Assembly: GCF_004010195.1 (NCBI RefSeq)
Contig: NC_057718.1
Location: forward strand, 30,262,045 to 30,326,044
DNA: 64,000 nucleotides
Direction of reading: 5' to 3'
Source of the DNA: Chiloscyllium plagiosum
Taxonomy: Eukaryota
The notes under the pieces: generated by a model
What the model saw: only the letters and a program-made list of their open reading frames with translations
Told to the model about the DNA's origin: nothing
Database searches by the model: none
Position numbers and translations under genes: made by a program
In this document: one piece after another, positions 40,304-54,019 of the stretch
How the letters are laid out: each line of letters begins with the position of its first letter
Position numbering within the stretch: position 1 is the first letter of the stretch

Positions 40304-42161
40304 TGTTATGTATATAATTGGGTATGTGTTGCCCCCTCAGGGCACCCAGTCATGTGGCCTGTAGGCAGAAGCTAAAAGGGCTAAAACTGACTGTGGAGTT
40401 GAGAGGACCACAGCAAAGTAATCCCTGTTCTACTTTACCCATCGCCTATCTTGTGTTCTATTTATGGTTCTAGTGAACCACAAACACAACAAATGGCTGT
40501 GAGAATTAGATTGGGCCATAAACTGTGTGAGAACCCCATTTTGTTTTGTCGGTAGGAAAGACATTGCCCTGACTGTGAAAATGGCACGAGATAGTAGGGG
40601 TAACTCAAGGGAAGCGGTCATGAGGAGACTTGGGCTGTGGTCAACACCAAGTACACGCTGAAGAGCAGCTGTTGTGATGAGACTTGGGCTGCAGCCAATG
40701 CCAGGGAAGAACATTATGCTAACACAATCTGCAAGAGAATGGCCAATGCAAAGTGTTCACCTAGGGGACTCAGGCTACAAACAGCTAGTAGACTTGAGTG
40801 GCCGGAAACAAAATGGCAGGCCAATTTAGAGCCATGGGACCGTTTGATGAAGACAGAACATTTTGGACTCTGTACATGGAATGTTTTGATACCTATGTCA
40901 AGGCAAAAAAGTAGTTGAAGACACATTGGCACCGGTTTTCTTGAGTACTGTCGGGAAAAAAAAAACCCTCATGATTCTACGGAGTCTTGTGCAACCAGAG
41001 AAACTTGCAGAGAAGACATATCAGGAACTATTCAAAGTGTTGGGGAGGTATTTTGCACCAAAGCCACTGATGATCGCAAACCTTATGTTTTTATAAATGG
41101 GAAGGACAGTCTATCACCAACCTTAAAGTGGTTAGCAGAACATTGTGAATTTGGAGGGTTCTTCCAAGATGCCTTACACAACTGTTTGATTTGTGGCCTC
41201 TGACACAAAGCCATCCAAGGAAGCAATTAGTAAGGAGACATCTGGATTTCAGGACAGCTTTCAAAATTGCTACCTCAATGGAGTTGGCTGCCAGCAAAGC
41301 TAACCAGTTGAGTTGTGATGTCTGGGTTCATAAAATAATGCATACTCTGCAGAGTGTAGTACCAACTGTTGAATGCTGCCGATGTGGCAAGAGTGGTCAC
41401 AAGAAGTCAACATGTTGGACTTAAGCAGCCCAGTGCTGTAATGAGATCATGTTGACCAGCTGGTTGCCACACCTAACCAATATGGGGTGGTGGAGTCCCT
41501 CAGAATACCGAACTGGTCTCGACCGACTCATGTGTCTCAATACCCAGGCAAGAGACAATAGCAGGGGAGTAGCCAATCAGAGAGTGGCTTACCTATGGAA
41601 CAACAGGAGCTTCCTGAAGGAGCAAATTACTGCAGATACTGGAACCTGTACTGAAAACAACCAATGCTGGAGATCACAGCAGGTCAGACAGCATCCATAG
41701 AGAGCGAGCAAGGTAATGTTTTAAGTCCAGATGACTCTTCATCAGAGCTGAGGAGTCTACACTGGAAAAGGTTCCTGAGACGAGGAGATGGTCTTCCCGG
41801 AACCACCATCCCCTTAGAGACTGATTGTGTCAATGTAAAGAACAGAAAGGTTGTTTTCTTTCTCCTTTTTTTTGAAGATATCCTGACGATGTACATATGT
41901 TAACTATTATACAGGCACTATAGCTAAGATTAAATACACATATTGTTAAGGGGAGTACTAAAATAAAGGGGAGAGGGGTATTATATATGTAGTAGAGTGT
42001 CTGTTGCCCCTTTAAGAGTGTGGGTCACGTGACCAGAGGTGGGAGCTGGAGGGGCAGTCTAAAATAGACTGTGGAGCTGACAGTACATACAATAAAGCAT
42101 TTCCTGTTCCCATTTGGTCTTTGTCTACCTTAGATAGTTCTAGTGAACCACAAACACAGCA
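40304..42161 (+). mobile_element. Internally deleted Gypsy-like LTR element (two LTRs, gag remnant, no pol)
   Basis: LTRs 40304-40491 and 41979-42161 share gttctagtgaaccacaaacac; TGG after the 5' LTR; PPT aaaggggagagggg at 41965-41978; CCHC knuckle CCRCGKSGHKKSTC. Confidence 0.8.
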
Positions 42162-42362
42162 GTACATAGTGTTATAGGAAATGGAATTCTAATATATAAT
42201 AGATATTGACTTGTTCAAATAGGCTGCATTATGTAAAAAGTCATGCAAATACTGGAAGTTTTGAATAGAGAGAAAACACAATAAATGGACTCAATGAAAC
42301 TGATGAAGGTTCATGTCTATAACAGAAATCTGATTAGCATTTTTTATTGTATCCTATGTTAC

Positions 42363-42489
42363 CTTGGGTCATTTTCTTTATAAACCATCTCAGATGTTGC
42401 ACCTGCATCTTCAAGTAGAAGCTTCAAAACTTGATGGGACCGAAGTTTTTCTAAATTGGTGTAAAACAGGCTATTGTCTGTACCCCATT
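42363..42489 (-). CDS. PREPL: PREPL coding exon 5 (EWGTDNSLFYT...VYKENDPR)
   Basis: Acceptor ttacag, donor AG|GTAACA, 127 nt, phase 1/2. Confidence 0.92.
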
Positions 42490-42894
42490 CTGTAATAAAT
42501 AACATGCTGCTGACTGATTTTAAAGCCAACGACGTACACTACAAAGTCAGTACATATTAAAACTCTGAACGAAATATTTTAACTCGATGGTGCTGTATCT
42601 ATTTCAGTATCACAAATCTCAGAAGCCCAAAATGTCGCACAAGTAGTACAGATCTAAAACACAATAACAGAAATTGCTGGAGCAACTCAGCAGGTCTGGC
42701 AGCATCAGTGGAGAGAAAACAATATTAATATTTTGGGTCCCATGATTGTTTTCAGAACTGACATGTTGTCCTGAGGTCATGGGTTTGTGGTGTTTTGTGG
42801 AGAATGAAATTGCAAAGACAATATGGAGGATTTGGCTCCAAATGAAAATTCAAATCTCAAAAAGGGTAACATCACATATTGAAGTATTTTTTAA

Positions 42895-43225
42895 AAATTC
42901 ATTCACGGGATTTGGACGTCACTGGCCAGGCCGGTCTTTATTGCCCATCCCGAATTAGCCAGAGGGCAGTTGAGAGTAAACCATGCATGCTGTGGGTCTG
43001 AAGTCACATGTTGGTCAGACTGTTAAGCATTACAGATTTGCTTACCTAAAGGACATTAGTGAACCAGATGGTTATTATTCATTATTAGACTCTTAATCCC
43101 AGATTTTTTTTATTGGAATAAATTTCCACCACCTGCCATGGCAGGATTTGAAACCAGGTGCCCGGGACAATACCTGACCTCTGGATTAATAGTCTAGCAA
43201 TAATACCACTAGGCCACCACCTACA
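42895..43225 (-). mobile_element. Second tRNA-derived SINE family
   Basis: Reverse complement of the 24222-24540 type (cctaaaggacattagtgaaccagatg). Confidence 0.7.
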
Positions 43226-43479
43226 TTGGATCTGGGTTCAGTTCAGTTTGGAACTGCACCTCAATATTGCTGGCTTAACAGAAACTGCAGCACGGTTTGA
43301 CTTCACAATGACTTGTCAATTCTTGTATTCGGTTTCAACCATACATCAAATCTAACACCTTTATCAGTCTTGTGATAATGCATTTCTTCAAAATAAGGGC
43401 CTAAATAGAGAAGAAGTGCATTGACATATTGGCTTGCCTGATCTGTCTTCTGACAAAGACTGCAATGGACTGCTACTTG

Positions 43480-44280
43480 TTGTTTAAGACCCCAACCAGT
43501 GTCATCGAGTTGCAGAATGCAGATGATGCTTGTATATGTGCAATCTCAGAGGATGTACTCCAGATCACTGTCAGCACCTATACAGAGGCATATGAGAACA
43601 TAGGTCTCACTCTGAAACATCTGCAAACAAAGGTCCTCCATCATCCTGGCTTGGCATTGTCAGCCAAAGCAGCTATTGATGAAGAGATCCAGCACCACCT
43701 CTTGTGTGATAATGCAGCCTTCGACCGCATGAGGAAAAGGATGTTCGAGAATGACAAGATCAGATCTGACACAAAGATCATGGTTTACCGAACTGTGGCA
43801 GTTCCCACCCTACTATCCCACCATCCTCGGAGATGTGGACTGTCTACAGCAGAGACCTCAAGGCACTGCAGCAGTACCACCAACACTAGCCTGTACAAGA
43901 TTCTGAGAATCTGATGGGAAGAAAGACACACCAACACCACTGTCCTTGATCAAGCCAACACACCCACATCGAGGCACTGACTACCTGTGATTGGCTACGA
44001 TGACTTGGCATGTTGTCTGCACAACTGACACGAGACACCCCAAGCAGGTGCTGTACTCCCAGTCTTGAGATAGCAGGTGAGCCCCAGGTGAGCACAGGCA
44101 GTGCTTCAGTATTACCCTCAAGATCTCACAGGCAAAGTGCAACATTCACACAGCACCTGGGAATCACTGGCCCAAGACTACCCAAATTGGAGGTGGGCCA
44201 TTCGGAAGGCATCAAACGCCTTGAGACTTGACTTCGGGAAAAAGCAGAAGCCAAGCGTACAGTCACCTACAGACTCATTC
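43480..44280 (+). mobile_element. RTE-type LINE RT/C-terminal remnant
   Basis: ELQNADDAC...EAYENIGLTL and TKIMVYRTVAVPTLL. Confidence 0.75.
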
Positions 44281-45844
44281 TGAAGGTGGAAGAGAGTCAT
44301 CATTGTCTGCGAAGAACTGCCGATGAATGAATATCCTTTTCAATTTCCCACAGTTTATTGTGGCCATCTACTCAAAGTTCAATCTTAGCCTTTCCCCTTC
44401 CTTAAACAGATCCTCTTCCTCAGGTACCCTGCACTTTACCATCTCTTTAAGATCTCATTATTTATTACACCAAGGATTAGCAACTACCTTCTTCACCAAA
44501 ATCTCCTCTCTTTTAAATCTCAATTAGATTCTTCAATGGATGATGTACCTGAGATTTGAACTTTCACTTGGAGACAGCTTGTCCAAAAACTTTTCTTGTG
44601 TAATCTCATCCTCCACAAAACACTGCAAACCATTAACCTCAGTTCATGTAGCCTCACCTCCTTACACATCTAATTAACAGCCAATCTAATGTCTAACCAC
44701 TTCCCCATCTCACCCTTGCTTACATTCTCTTTGACTCCAAAACCTATCACTTACCCAGTAAAATTGGATAAAACCACCAGGTCTACCTTCACCTCCATCT
44801 CAAACGTCTTTTCCAGTTTCTCTCTCCGTTGTTTGTTGAGACTGATGTCTTTGCTGGTCTATTTCACAATTATATTAACTCTAATTTCAGGCATTTGAAA
44901 AACCTTCACTGGAAGAAGTCTTGAAAACGTGTTGCAGTGTACAGGGGATTTCGACTTACAAAGTCTACAGGAGTGTATTTCCAAAGATCCAACATATGAG
45001 TGTTTATTGTTGTTCTTGAATTGCCATTTCATATTGTTCTGCATTGTGTTCGGACTTGCATACAAATCGACTTGTGAATGGACTCAAGAATGGAACCTGT
45101 TCAGAACCTGGAAACTGCCTAAGCACATTCAAAATTAATTAGGATTATGCTTGCATCTTCATAGCAACATTTTGGTTTGGTTCTTTTATCACAAGTTGGG
45201 TAGAGGGAGTGGGAAATTTCCCAACTTGCCACACATGGCTTGGGGGAAAGTATCCCAAATGATGGACCATGTGTGAAATGGAGATGTCCTGGACAGACTG
45301 GAGGTGGCCATATCGGCTGTTGTTGTTATTTTTATTTCAGCTGCCTTCCAGTCCTCATCACTCACTGCCAACCATTACGCCTATATGTGCCAACCCATGC
45401 CCTCTAATGACTCCTATATCAGTTTAGTGACAGTTCATTGGCCCTCTTCCACCCATCCCTGGGTTGCTAATGCCGTTATTCCAATTTAGTGTCAACTTAT
45501 GCCCTCTCTTTGCCCTTACATCCCCCTCTTCATAAACTCATTCAGTCCACCATTCAGATTTCAGCAGCCATGCTGAGATTAAATAAAGCAAAGTCCTAAA
45601 TATCTATTATCGGCTTCAATATTTTAAAAAATAAAAATAAAAAAAATCTTCCATTCATTAAAACACATTCAATACATTCAAATTTATTCAAGTACTTAAA
45701 CCCTTGTGAAGTTAACAAATTTATCAAAAATTGCTCATTCTATAATAACTTCCTTAAAATGTCAAACAAATGTGAATTTATAATTCACCAGGACAATAAT
45801 GTTAACTGTGGAAAACAGCCTGTCATAAATAAGCAGTGCAGGCA

Positions 45845-46216
45845 GATAGGAGACATGATACAAGTCTACAGAATTATGAGATGTATAGATAAGACCAGAA
45901 CCTTTCCCCCCCCCAGAGTTGAAACATCTAATAAATGGGGGGCATGTATTTAAGGTGAGAGGGGGAAAGTTCAAAGCTGACATGAGGGGGAAGTTTTTTT
46001 TAATAGAGTGGTAGGAGTCTGGAATGTGCTGCCAGGGGTTGTGATGGAGGCAGATCCAATGGGGGCATTTAAGGCACTTTTCGATAAGCACATGAATTTG
46101 CAAGAAATGGAAGGATATGGACCAAGGGCAGGCAGAAGGTTTAATGTGGCATGATGTTCAGTAGAACATTGTGGGCTGAAGGGCCTCTTCCTGCGCTTTA
46201 CAGTTCTATGTTCTAT
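45845..46216 (+). mobile_element. CR1 LINE 3' end
   Basis: GDMIQVYRIM; tail ttctatgttcta. Confidence 0.8.
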
Positions 46217-47117
46217 ATAATTATTTGTCCACCCCAGTCCAACACCGGCAACTTCACACTATATAATTATTATAACTATAGCACTGAGTGTTATGTAAAC
46301 CACTGATTTTCCTAATTTTGTTTTCAGCTGCATGGATGTCCAAGATCTGTGCTTGGCAGTGACTTCTGGAACTGGGAATCAATGTTGTGAACGGTGTGGC
46401 ATGTGATTGCCTACAGAGATGTTTGGTGCAGCCGTGTAACTTTGAAGGATCTCTAATGTCAACATATAGCTCCTGAAACTGCTGGAATAAATTTTCTTAA
46501 ACTCTTACATACACAGGCAGACTTTTGGACTCGTAATGGACTGTACATTAAAATAACTTGACTGTTCTATAAAAACTTAATCTGCCCTCAAGGGCATTTA
46601 CAACTTTCCTAGAGATCTGCAACTCCTACACTGCAGGAGAAGGCCTTTCTTCCGGCAAAACAAAGATGGGGTCAGTTTAAAATTAGTGCTAATTTCAAAT
46701 GACCTTGTTATGTTTTGATTTTCTGATAGAATCACATCCCATCACATCCAAATTCCTTCTCCGGAGAAAATAGGATCTGTCAGAAATGGGAGTGGAACTC
46801 TGGATATCCAATCTGGGTCCCATCCGTCATTTTGGGAGGTCTCCTGATTCTGAAAATTCAGGAACTGTCTTACTGAAGTATCAGCAAAGGAATGAATGAT
46901 TAGTTGATATGACTTTATTGATATTGGAATATTGCAGTAACAAATAGAAAACTCTCTGTCTTTGATTAATATGTTAGAATCTGTAACCCTCAGCTAACTT
47001 ACTGCACATAGAAATTGATCCGCAGTTTACCGTCTCATACGTAGAACATGAAAAAAAACAAATAACTTAAATAAGTTGTTGGAAATGTGAAGCCATGATG
47101 CAATGTGGCAGACTCAC

Positions 47118-47327
47118 CAAAATTAAATGCTCTTGACAAAACATGCACCACCTCTGGCTTAGGACCAAGCTTGACCACAATACAAGTAGACTTATCTGAT
47201 GAAGAACTTATGCTTGAAGCCAAATACTTCTGATTTGGTGAGACTCTGATCTGTTGAAATTGAGCTTCCGCTGTTCGGAGGAACTGCAGCTGATCCAAGG
47301 ATAAGACAACTTCAGGAATTTGATCAC
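47118..47327 (-). CDS. PREPL: PREPL coding exon 4 (GDQIPEVVLS...IRVSPNQKYLA...AFNF)
   Basis: Inside ORF 47035..47346; acceptor cccaaag, donor G|GTGAGT, 210 nt, phase 1/1. Confidence 0.92.
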
Positions 47328-49268
47328 CTTTGGGCATAAATAACATAACCTCAATATAGAGGTAGAACCGAAGTATTTAATTTCTAATCAATATCACAGA
47401 ATTCCGCACCATACATGCAGCACAATGTATTAATATAGTGGGAATAGTTCTGTAACTGTAGCATGTTCCTTTTCCATATTTTTCTTTGAAGTATAAAATC
47501 AATAATCAGTAATATTTCAATTTTTGAATATTTTCAATATGAATCACATATTGGGAATTTGTAAAAACCCTGTAACATCCTCAGGACACTTTAACTTCTG
47601 ATCTCATTTCCATTTAACTAATCACTGATTCTTTCTTATGTTAGGAATTTGACCTCTTGACGTATGCAATTTTCACCACTGTTTAAAATGCCCATTTCAT
47701 TTTTTAAGCTTATCCACCTACAAAACAAATTTTAGCACTAACAATAAGTTGAAGGGATGGCCTCTGATTCCCCCTCACTTTTCTGAGACCTCCCTGAAAA
47801 CGCTGATAGAGGAAGCCAGGGTAAGGAGTGAAATTTATGTTTCCCAATTATAGGATTGAGTTATTTTCAATAATTAGTCATTTTAAGTAGATTAAGTAGT
47901 GATTCTTATTGGTTTATTACACAGAAAGGAAGACTGAAGAAAGAGTCAGTGCCCAATCAACCAGAAACGTGAGCTTATGTCCATAAATACGAAACCACTG
48001 CTTTTAATTGAGTCTCATTTCTTTTGAGCTTGTTAAGATAAACCTATTGTGCTTTATGAAATGTGTGTTTAAATATTTGCACATATTGATTCTCCCAACT
48101 CAGTCTGTAAATCTAATTGACTTGGGGTCTTAAATGTGAACGCTAAAGTTTTTAATCAAGTAGCTGGTGAAGCATTCCCAGGGCCATTTTATGTAGGAAT
48201 ATAAATGGGGGCTAACAGAATCAAATCAACATTATCTGCAGATGTGAGTTCAATGCATGCTGAAAGAAGTTCAATGATTTCAAAAACTCATAAGAGAAAT
48301 TAGACAGAAAACATGCTGTTCAAATTGCAGTTGATGTGAGGTCTGTTTATGGGAGTGGCCAATTATGTTGAACTTGAAATAATATTTAGCATAAAACAGA
48401 GCAGATTATATTTGCAAAAATTAAAATCTCTTAATAACTAGGAAGTAGTACACGTGTTAGATAACCTCTCTTGTTATTTCTCCCTTTCTGCTACTCATGT
48501 TCTTACTGGTGCTGGCAGCCTACCGTATCTTGTCCACTTGGTTCTTATTGGGTTAGGCTAGATAGTGAACAATGTGGGAATTATCACTATAAACCTGATA
48601 CCTAAAGTTGATCTAGTTTTCCACTGGAGTCTGTGGACAGTAATCATTGATCAGAAGGAAGAACAAGGGCTGATCTTTCCTCCTTATAAGAGGTCTCGAA
48701 ATGGGAGTATTGTCCTAGTTAATCAAACTGACTAATCGTAACAACATGATAATGTTTGTCTGTGATGCTCTGAAAGGTGACCAGATTTTTTGGAATCAAG
48801 CATTAAAAAAATTATCACTTGCAATGATATTGGAATGCTGTCACTTCTGGAGCAGCATTTTAACACAAGTGTGTGCTTTTAGGAGGAGCAAAAGTTTCAA
48901 ATTTTCCAAGAAAGAAATGTCTTCAACTTAATTTTAATTCATAAAACTAATTTAATAAAGTTTCTGCAGTGGAAATTAGATTTTACAGACTATTAAGAAC
49001 AAAATAAATTGAATTTGAGTGCTCAAATATTTTGTCATTGACCTGCTATAGTTATAATTATTATTTCTGTACACACCAAGACTGGTTCCCAAGATTCACT
49101 TGAATGAATCATTCTCCGATGCCATCATAAACTTGTTGGTGATAAGCCTCACAGACAGATTTGAACCAATATCCTTGAGGTTAAAAGGCTCTTCTTGATT
49201 CAATATTTGAATGGCTTCAATTAGGTTCTATCCTGGTATGGTTTCAATGTTGATTATTAAAGACTCAC

Positions 49269-49332
49269 CATTCTGATGTCTTCTATAAATACAGCCATCT
49301 TCTTCAAAATACTCAAAATCTTTCATTTGTAT
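49269..49332 (-). CDS. PREPL: PREPL coding exon 3 (IQMKDFEYFEEDGCIYRRHQN)
   Basis: Acceptor tctacag, donor G|GTGAGT, 64 nt; YFEEDGC motif typical of the PREPL N-terminal region. Confidence 0.9.
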
Positions 49333-49479
49333 CTGTAGAATCAATTAAACAAAGGTTGTGACATCAGCATGGTAATCATAAAACACATCCGTTGTTAATT
49401 ATATAATCAGGAGCTCTCAAATCCCTAACCTACCACCGAAGAATGAGCTCAAAAGAACACGAATAATAATCTATTTTCT

Positions 49480-50360
49480 ATCCCATGAGAGTTAAGACTG
49501 AACAATGATTTTGACTAGAACCTTGACTGCAGCAGCTACATAAATACAATAACAACTTCCTGCCACATTAGTCATCAAACCATCACAAGGTACAAATCAA
49601 GGACTGATGAGCACACCTCATTTGCCTGGACTAGTGTATTTCCACAACACAAAGAAACTCAACACTATTCAAGACAAAACCTACTTGACTGATACCTGTT
49701 GAAGTTATTTATTCCTTTGTGGGATGTGAGCTGGCCAGCATTTATAGCACCTCCCTAGTTGCCCTTGAGAAGTTGGTGGTGAGCTGCCTTCTTGAACTGC
49801 TGCAGTCCACCTGTATTGGGTTGGCCCACAACGCCCTGAGGAACAGAATTCCGGTATTTTGACCCAGTGGTAGTGAAGGAACAGCAATATATTTCCAAGT
49901 CATGATGGTGAGTGGATTGGATGGGAACTTGAAAGTGGTGGAGTTCTCATATCTGCTGCCCTTGTCCTTCTAGATGGAAGTGGTCATGGATTTCAAAGGC
50001 GCTGTCTGAGGATCTTTGGTGAATTTCTACAGTGCATCTTGTAGATACTATATACTGCTGCTATTGAGCCTTGGTGGTGGAGGGATTGGATGCCTTAAAC
50101 ATTAACTTCTTTCACTGTGGTTGCAGTATGTACCATTTACAAGATGCATTGAAGGAAACTGTTAAAATGTCTTCACGGGAGCCATTCAAACCCAACTACT
50201 CAGAAGAACAAGTGCAGCCCATGCCTGGGAATACTGTATGGGTGTTTCTTTCTAAATCCCATACAGTTGTGCCTCGTAAGTATATCACCATTCATTCATT
50301 GGTGCTGGGTCAAAATCCTGGCACTCAAGCCTAACAGGATTCTGGACATATCTTCATCTC
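49480..50360. mobile_element. Interleaved old CR1/L2-type LINE fragments on both strands
   Basis: 49705-50080 is a minus-strand 3' end sharing its tail with the second SINE family; flanks are plus-strand ORF2 C-terminal debris. Confidence 0.6.
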
Positions 50361-50731
50361 GTTGTTATGATCCCAACTGATGGCAATGCTATCAAGTCAG
50401 ATCCAAAATAAAACCTGACTTAATACATCATTATATACTTAATTTTTAGGGTTGGTTAATGTAGTAGTTAGCTTGTAAAACACATTCACACAAGGGTACA
50501 GATGTTCTTTAACAAAAAAAAACTAATTATTACACAAAAGGAAGAAAACAAACAGATGCAACTATACATATCAGTGAGATATGATTCAAATTTTAGATGA
50601 CAAGATACTGCAGATCGGAGTCTGGTATATGAAGTTTTGCAGGAATTATATTATTACTGAAACTAATTCTGTTCATGAAAGTTCATAGTAAGTTCTTAAA
50701 TAATAATAATGTGAGTCTGAAAGTGGAAGAG

Positions 50732-52030
50732 TGACGTAAATCTATGGAATAATTCCACAGAGGCCAGTATCCTGTCACCAAGTTACTCTTTATTTACATG
50801 TGCAAAGTCCTTGACACTGGCCTGACATCCTCAGACGCAGCGCTCAGGGCGAATGGAACCTGTGACACTTCTGTTTATATTGGTCAGCCAGGGCTCCCTG
50901 ACTGGATCAGATTAACAGCACCAATCAAGGAACTCATATTCTATGATGTCCACCTGGGTGACCTCCTTACAATCACTACATCCCTCCCTCTCAGAGTCCA
51001 AGGACAAAGGCTGGTCCTTGTTCTTGTAGCGTCCACTGATGCATTTTAGCACCAGGTCAGATTCCTCCACCTCTGCGTCGGATTCGGGCAGTGCACAACA
51101 CATGAGAGCTTGCCTCTTGCACTGGGAACGTCTCTGGAGAAATTTACTCTCTTCTCCTGGCAGCAAAACTGTCAATGCATCAAGATTCACTGTGTCAATC
51201 TCAGATTCAGAGGTTTCTTCAATGCTTGATGGGGAGGAGAAACCACTGGTTCAGACAGCTTTTCCGAATGTTCCGAGGAGCGGGGCATGTTTTGCTTCTG
51301 CACCATTTGTGAGTTTGCAGCTTTCACATGATCCACGTGCGTGTTCAGGATCATCATACTTACCTGAACTTTATAGTTCATTGGTCCTGACCTCATGTCG
51401 ACCAAGCCACGTACCCATGCAGGGCCATTTGGGTGGTTGCTACATCAGACGCTGTCTCCTGTAGTAAAGTCTCTCTCGCTTGGCAGAGTCTAGCAACAGA
51501 CACTGGTGTTCCTGATGCTGTTCACTAGCCTCCCCTGATTCTGGTTTGGGAAGATCAGATTTAATATGGAGCGGAGTCTTCTCCCCATTAGTAACTCTAC
51601 TGAAGCTATCCCTGTAGTTGCAGGAGGGCTGATCATATAAGCAAACAGGAACCAGAACTGTTTGATATGATTAGATTAGATTAGATTAGATTGCACATCT
51701 TTGGACTGTGGGAGGAAACCGGAGCACCTGGAGGAAACCCACGCAGACACGGGGAGAATGTGCAAACTGAGGCGGGAATTGAACCCGGGTCTCTGGCGCT
51801 GTGAGGCAGCAGTGCTAACCACTGTGCCACCATGCCGCCTAGTGAAGCTGGGGGCTGTTCAAAGTTTAGATCGTTCTTTCTGCCCAGACACTGGATGATG
51901 GATAGTACGGCGCTGCCTTATATGTTGAATAACATTCAATTTTAGGAAATAGTCATATTCCCTGTATTAGGACTTGTTTTCTGTGACCAACACTTCTGGA
52001 AGTCTGTATATTGCAAAAGATGCATGGAGT
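50732..52030 (-). mobile_element. Gypsy-like LTR retrotransposon 3' remnant (integrase end, PPT, LTR 50732-50980)
   Basis: TG...CA LTR preceded by purine tract gagagggaggga; HVDHVK and decayed APYHP-like integrase motifs. Confidence 0.7.
51669..51839 (-). mobile_element. Internally deleted HE1/V-SINE-type SINE nested in the Gypsy remnant
   Basis: tRNA head and V-core joined directly to the (aatct)n tail. Confidence 0.85.
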
Positions 52031-52757
52031 TTTGTTATCGTCAAGGTTGAAACAAGGTTTTTGTTTAGGGTAAAAAGGTTGGCTCTTTCGACTTTTATTT
52101 TGCGCTTAAGAAATTTTTATATTGTCTTACATTGGCAGCCTCTTGTGAATATATTCTGTGGCTGATCACCACAATAAACAAAAAGGAAAATTAAACTTAT
52201 GGTCTATGAAACCAGGTCTCACTCTGAGATACTACATTTTCAGTATTAGCATCAGCTGGGATCATAAACTGTGGTTTGGCAATAATGTGGAGGGGGAACC
52301 TGGATTTGGTAATATTTAGTGTTGAAGTATAAAGCCTATTTTAAAGAGCAACTTATGGAATTTAATTGTGCTTGGGGACGTAAGGATTTAGCCAATTGCT
52401 TTACATCAGCACATTATTTATGACACCACTAGGTATGATTATATGTAGAGTGGGATGAGAGTCTGCAGTCCCAGCACCTGGAAGTGAGTTGCAACTTGAA
52501 ACATTTTGAGCAAAAAAGAGTGCTGTTTTCAAATTGCTTCCTCTTTGCCTTGTTTGTCTCCCAATCTACCAAGTTCCTTCCATTAAATTTTCTGAACATT
52601 ATATTTATATCATGATGGTACTGTTTTCTCCTTTTCTCAGCAATCTCCTACTGCCCTACAAACTCTCCCTAAATTTTCAATTCCTCAGCCTCACACCTTT
52701 GTACATTATTTTTCTCACCACCTCGTCACTGGTGGCCACACCATATGTTTTATGCTT

Positions 52758-53075
52758 AGCGGGTTTTGAGAAGATTTGTAGCTCAGGTTGAGGTTTTGGA
52801 TGTAGGTTTGGTCGCTGAGCTGCAAGGTTCATTTCCAGACGTTTGGGTTGGTGATGTCTAACATCGAGTTAGATCCCATCTACCACTCCCTGAGAAAAAG
52901 AACAGTAAATGACTTCACCATAGGAAATGGCATCACCAACCCAAAAGAACCCCAAACATACAAATAGAAAGCAGGAATGCATTGCTTCACCTAAGGCCTA
53001 CTGAAGATGTTACCTAGTAGGGTAACGAAACGCCTGGAAATGAACTTTGCAGCTCAGCAAGCAACCCTACATCTA
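52758..53075. mobile_element. Short Penelope (family C) insert with inverted ends and 13-bp TSD
   Basis: 52799-52844 is the reverse complement of 53028-53073; TSD atgttttatgctt at 52745-52757 and 53076-53088; CTGAAGA-t-GTTACC..GGTAAC-GAAA at 53001-53030. Confidence 0.82.
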
Positions 53076-54019
53076 ATGTTTTATGCTTCATTTTTTAAGA
53101 ATCAGCAACTCTACTTCTCTTCTAAACATTTTGTCCTTCCTTAAAACCAACCCATCTGGCTAAACTTTTGGTGAACCCGCCTTTAAATTTTCTAAAATTC
53201 ACCATATTTGCTGGTTTGATTTACCCTTGAATGTTTTTCTATTTTAAAATGTGCTAATATAAAAGCCAATTGCTGATTAAAGTTCTGTACTTTCATGGTT
53301 AAATTAGCAGCCAGCCTGAAGCTGGGCAAATGGCCATGGATTTAGGGGTGAAGTATATCAGGTTGCATAAATTAGAACACCACCCAGACCTGATGGTTTA
53401 GGTAGGGATGGCACTTTTCACTTTCTGGGGCTCTCAAAGTATTCCTCAACTTGTACTTATGGGTGAGATTTAATCAGTCTGACAAGAGTCTCCCCTTTTG
53501 GTCACAGAATCATCAGAGAAATCCCATGATAGCTTTTGGACACCTTCAGGCACATAGGTGGCCAGGGAGGTCTTCACGGAGATTCAGGTCCTTGGCAATG
53601 GCTATCCAGTCAGAGGATAGCAGTTCATCAGTGCCTGCCAATGCCACTAGGAGCTGTGACTGCTATAATCGAAGAACCAGGATCACGAAGTTACTCCAGA
53701 CCAAAGGGTGGAATGAAGATCTCAGGGCGTGGGTCACAGGAGAGCTGACGGCTTTCAGCAAGCTATTTCTTTGCGATTCAGGGTCCCTTGGAAACTTCCA
53801 ATTAGGTCAAAAGTTACCACTGAACTACAATGGCCTCATATTATTTGGTTGACTAATGATGTTAACTGACATCTGCCAGCAGCCCGGAAATTACTACAGT
53901 CCCTGCTGCCATTAGGTCACTAATGCAGGACCTCTTGTGCAACTAGAGTCAGAGTCATAAAGATGTACACCACGGAAACAGACCCTTTGGTCCAGCTTAT
54001 CCATGCCAACGAGATATAC

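Noticed and set aside
50362..52268. Possible terminal inverted repeats (tgttatgatccca.ctgatg versus catcagctgggatcataa)
   Set aside because: A third similar end occurs near 55800-55817, so these look like dispersed LTR-type ends. No TSD or transposase is visible.
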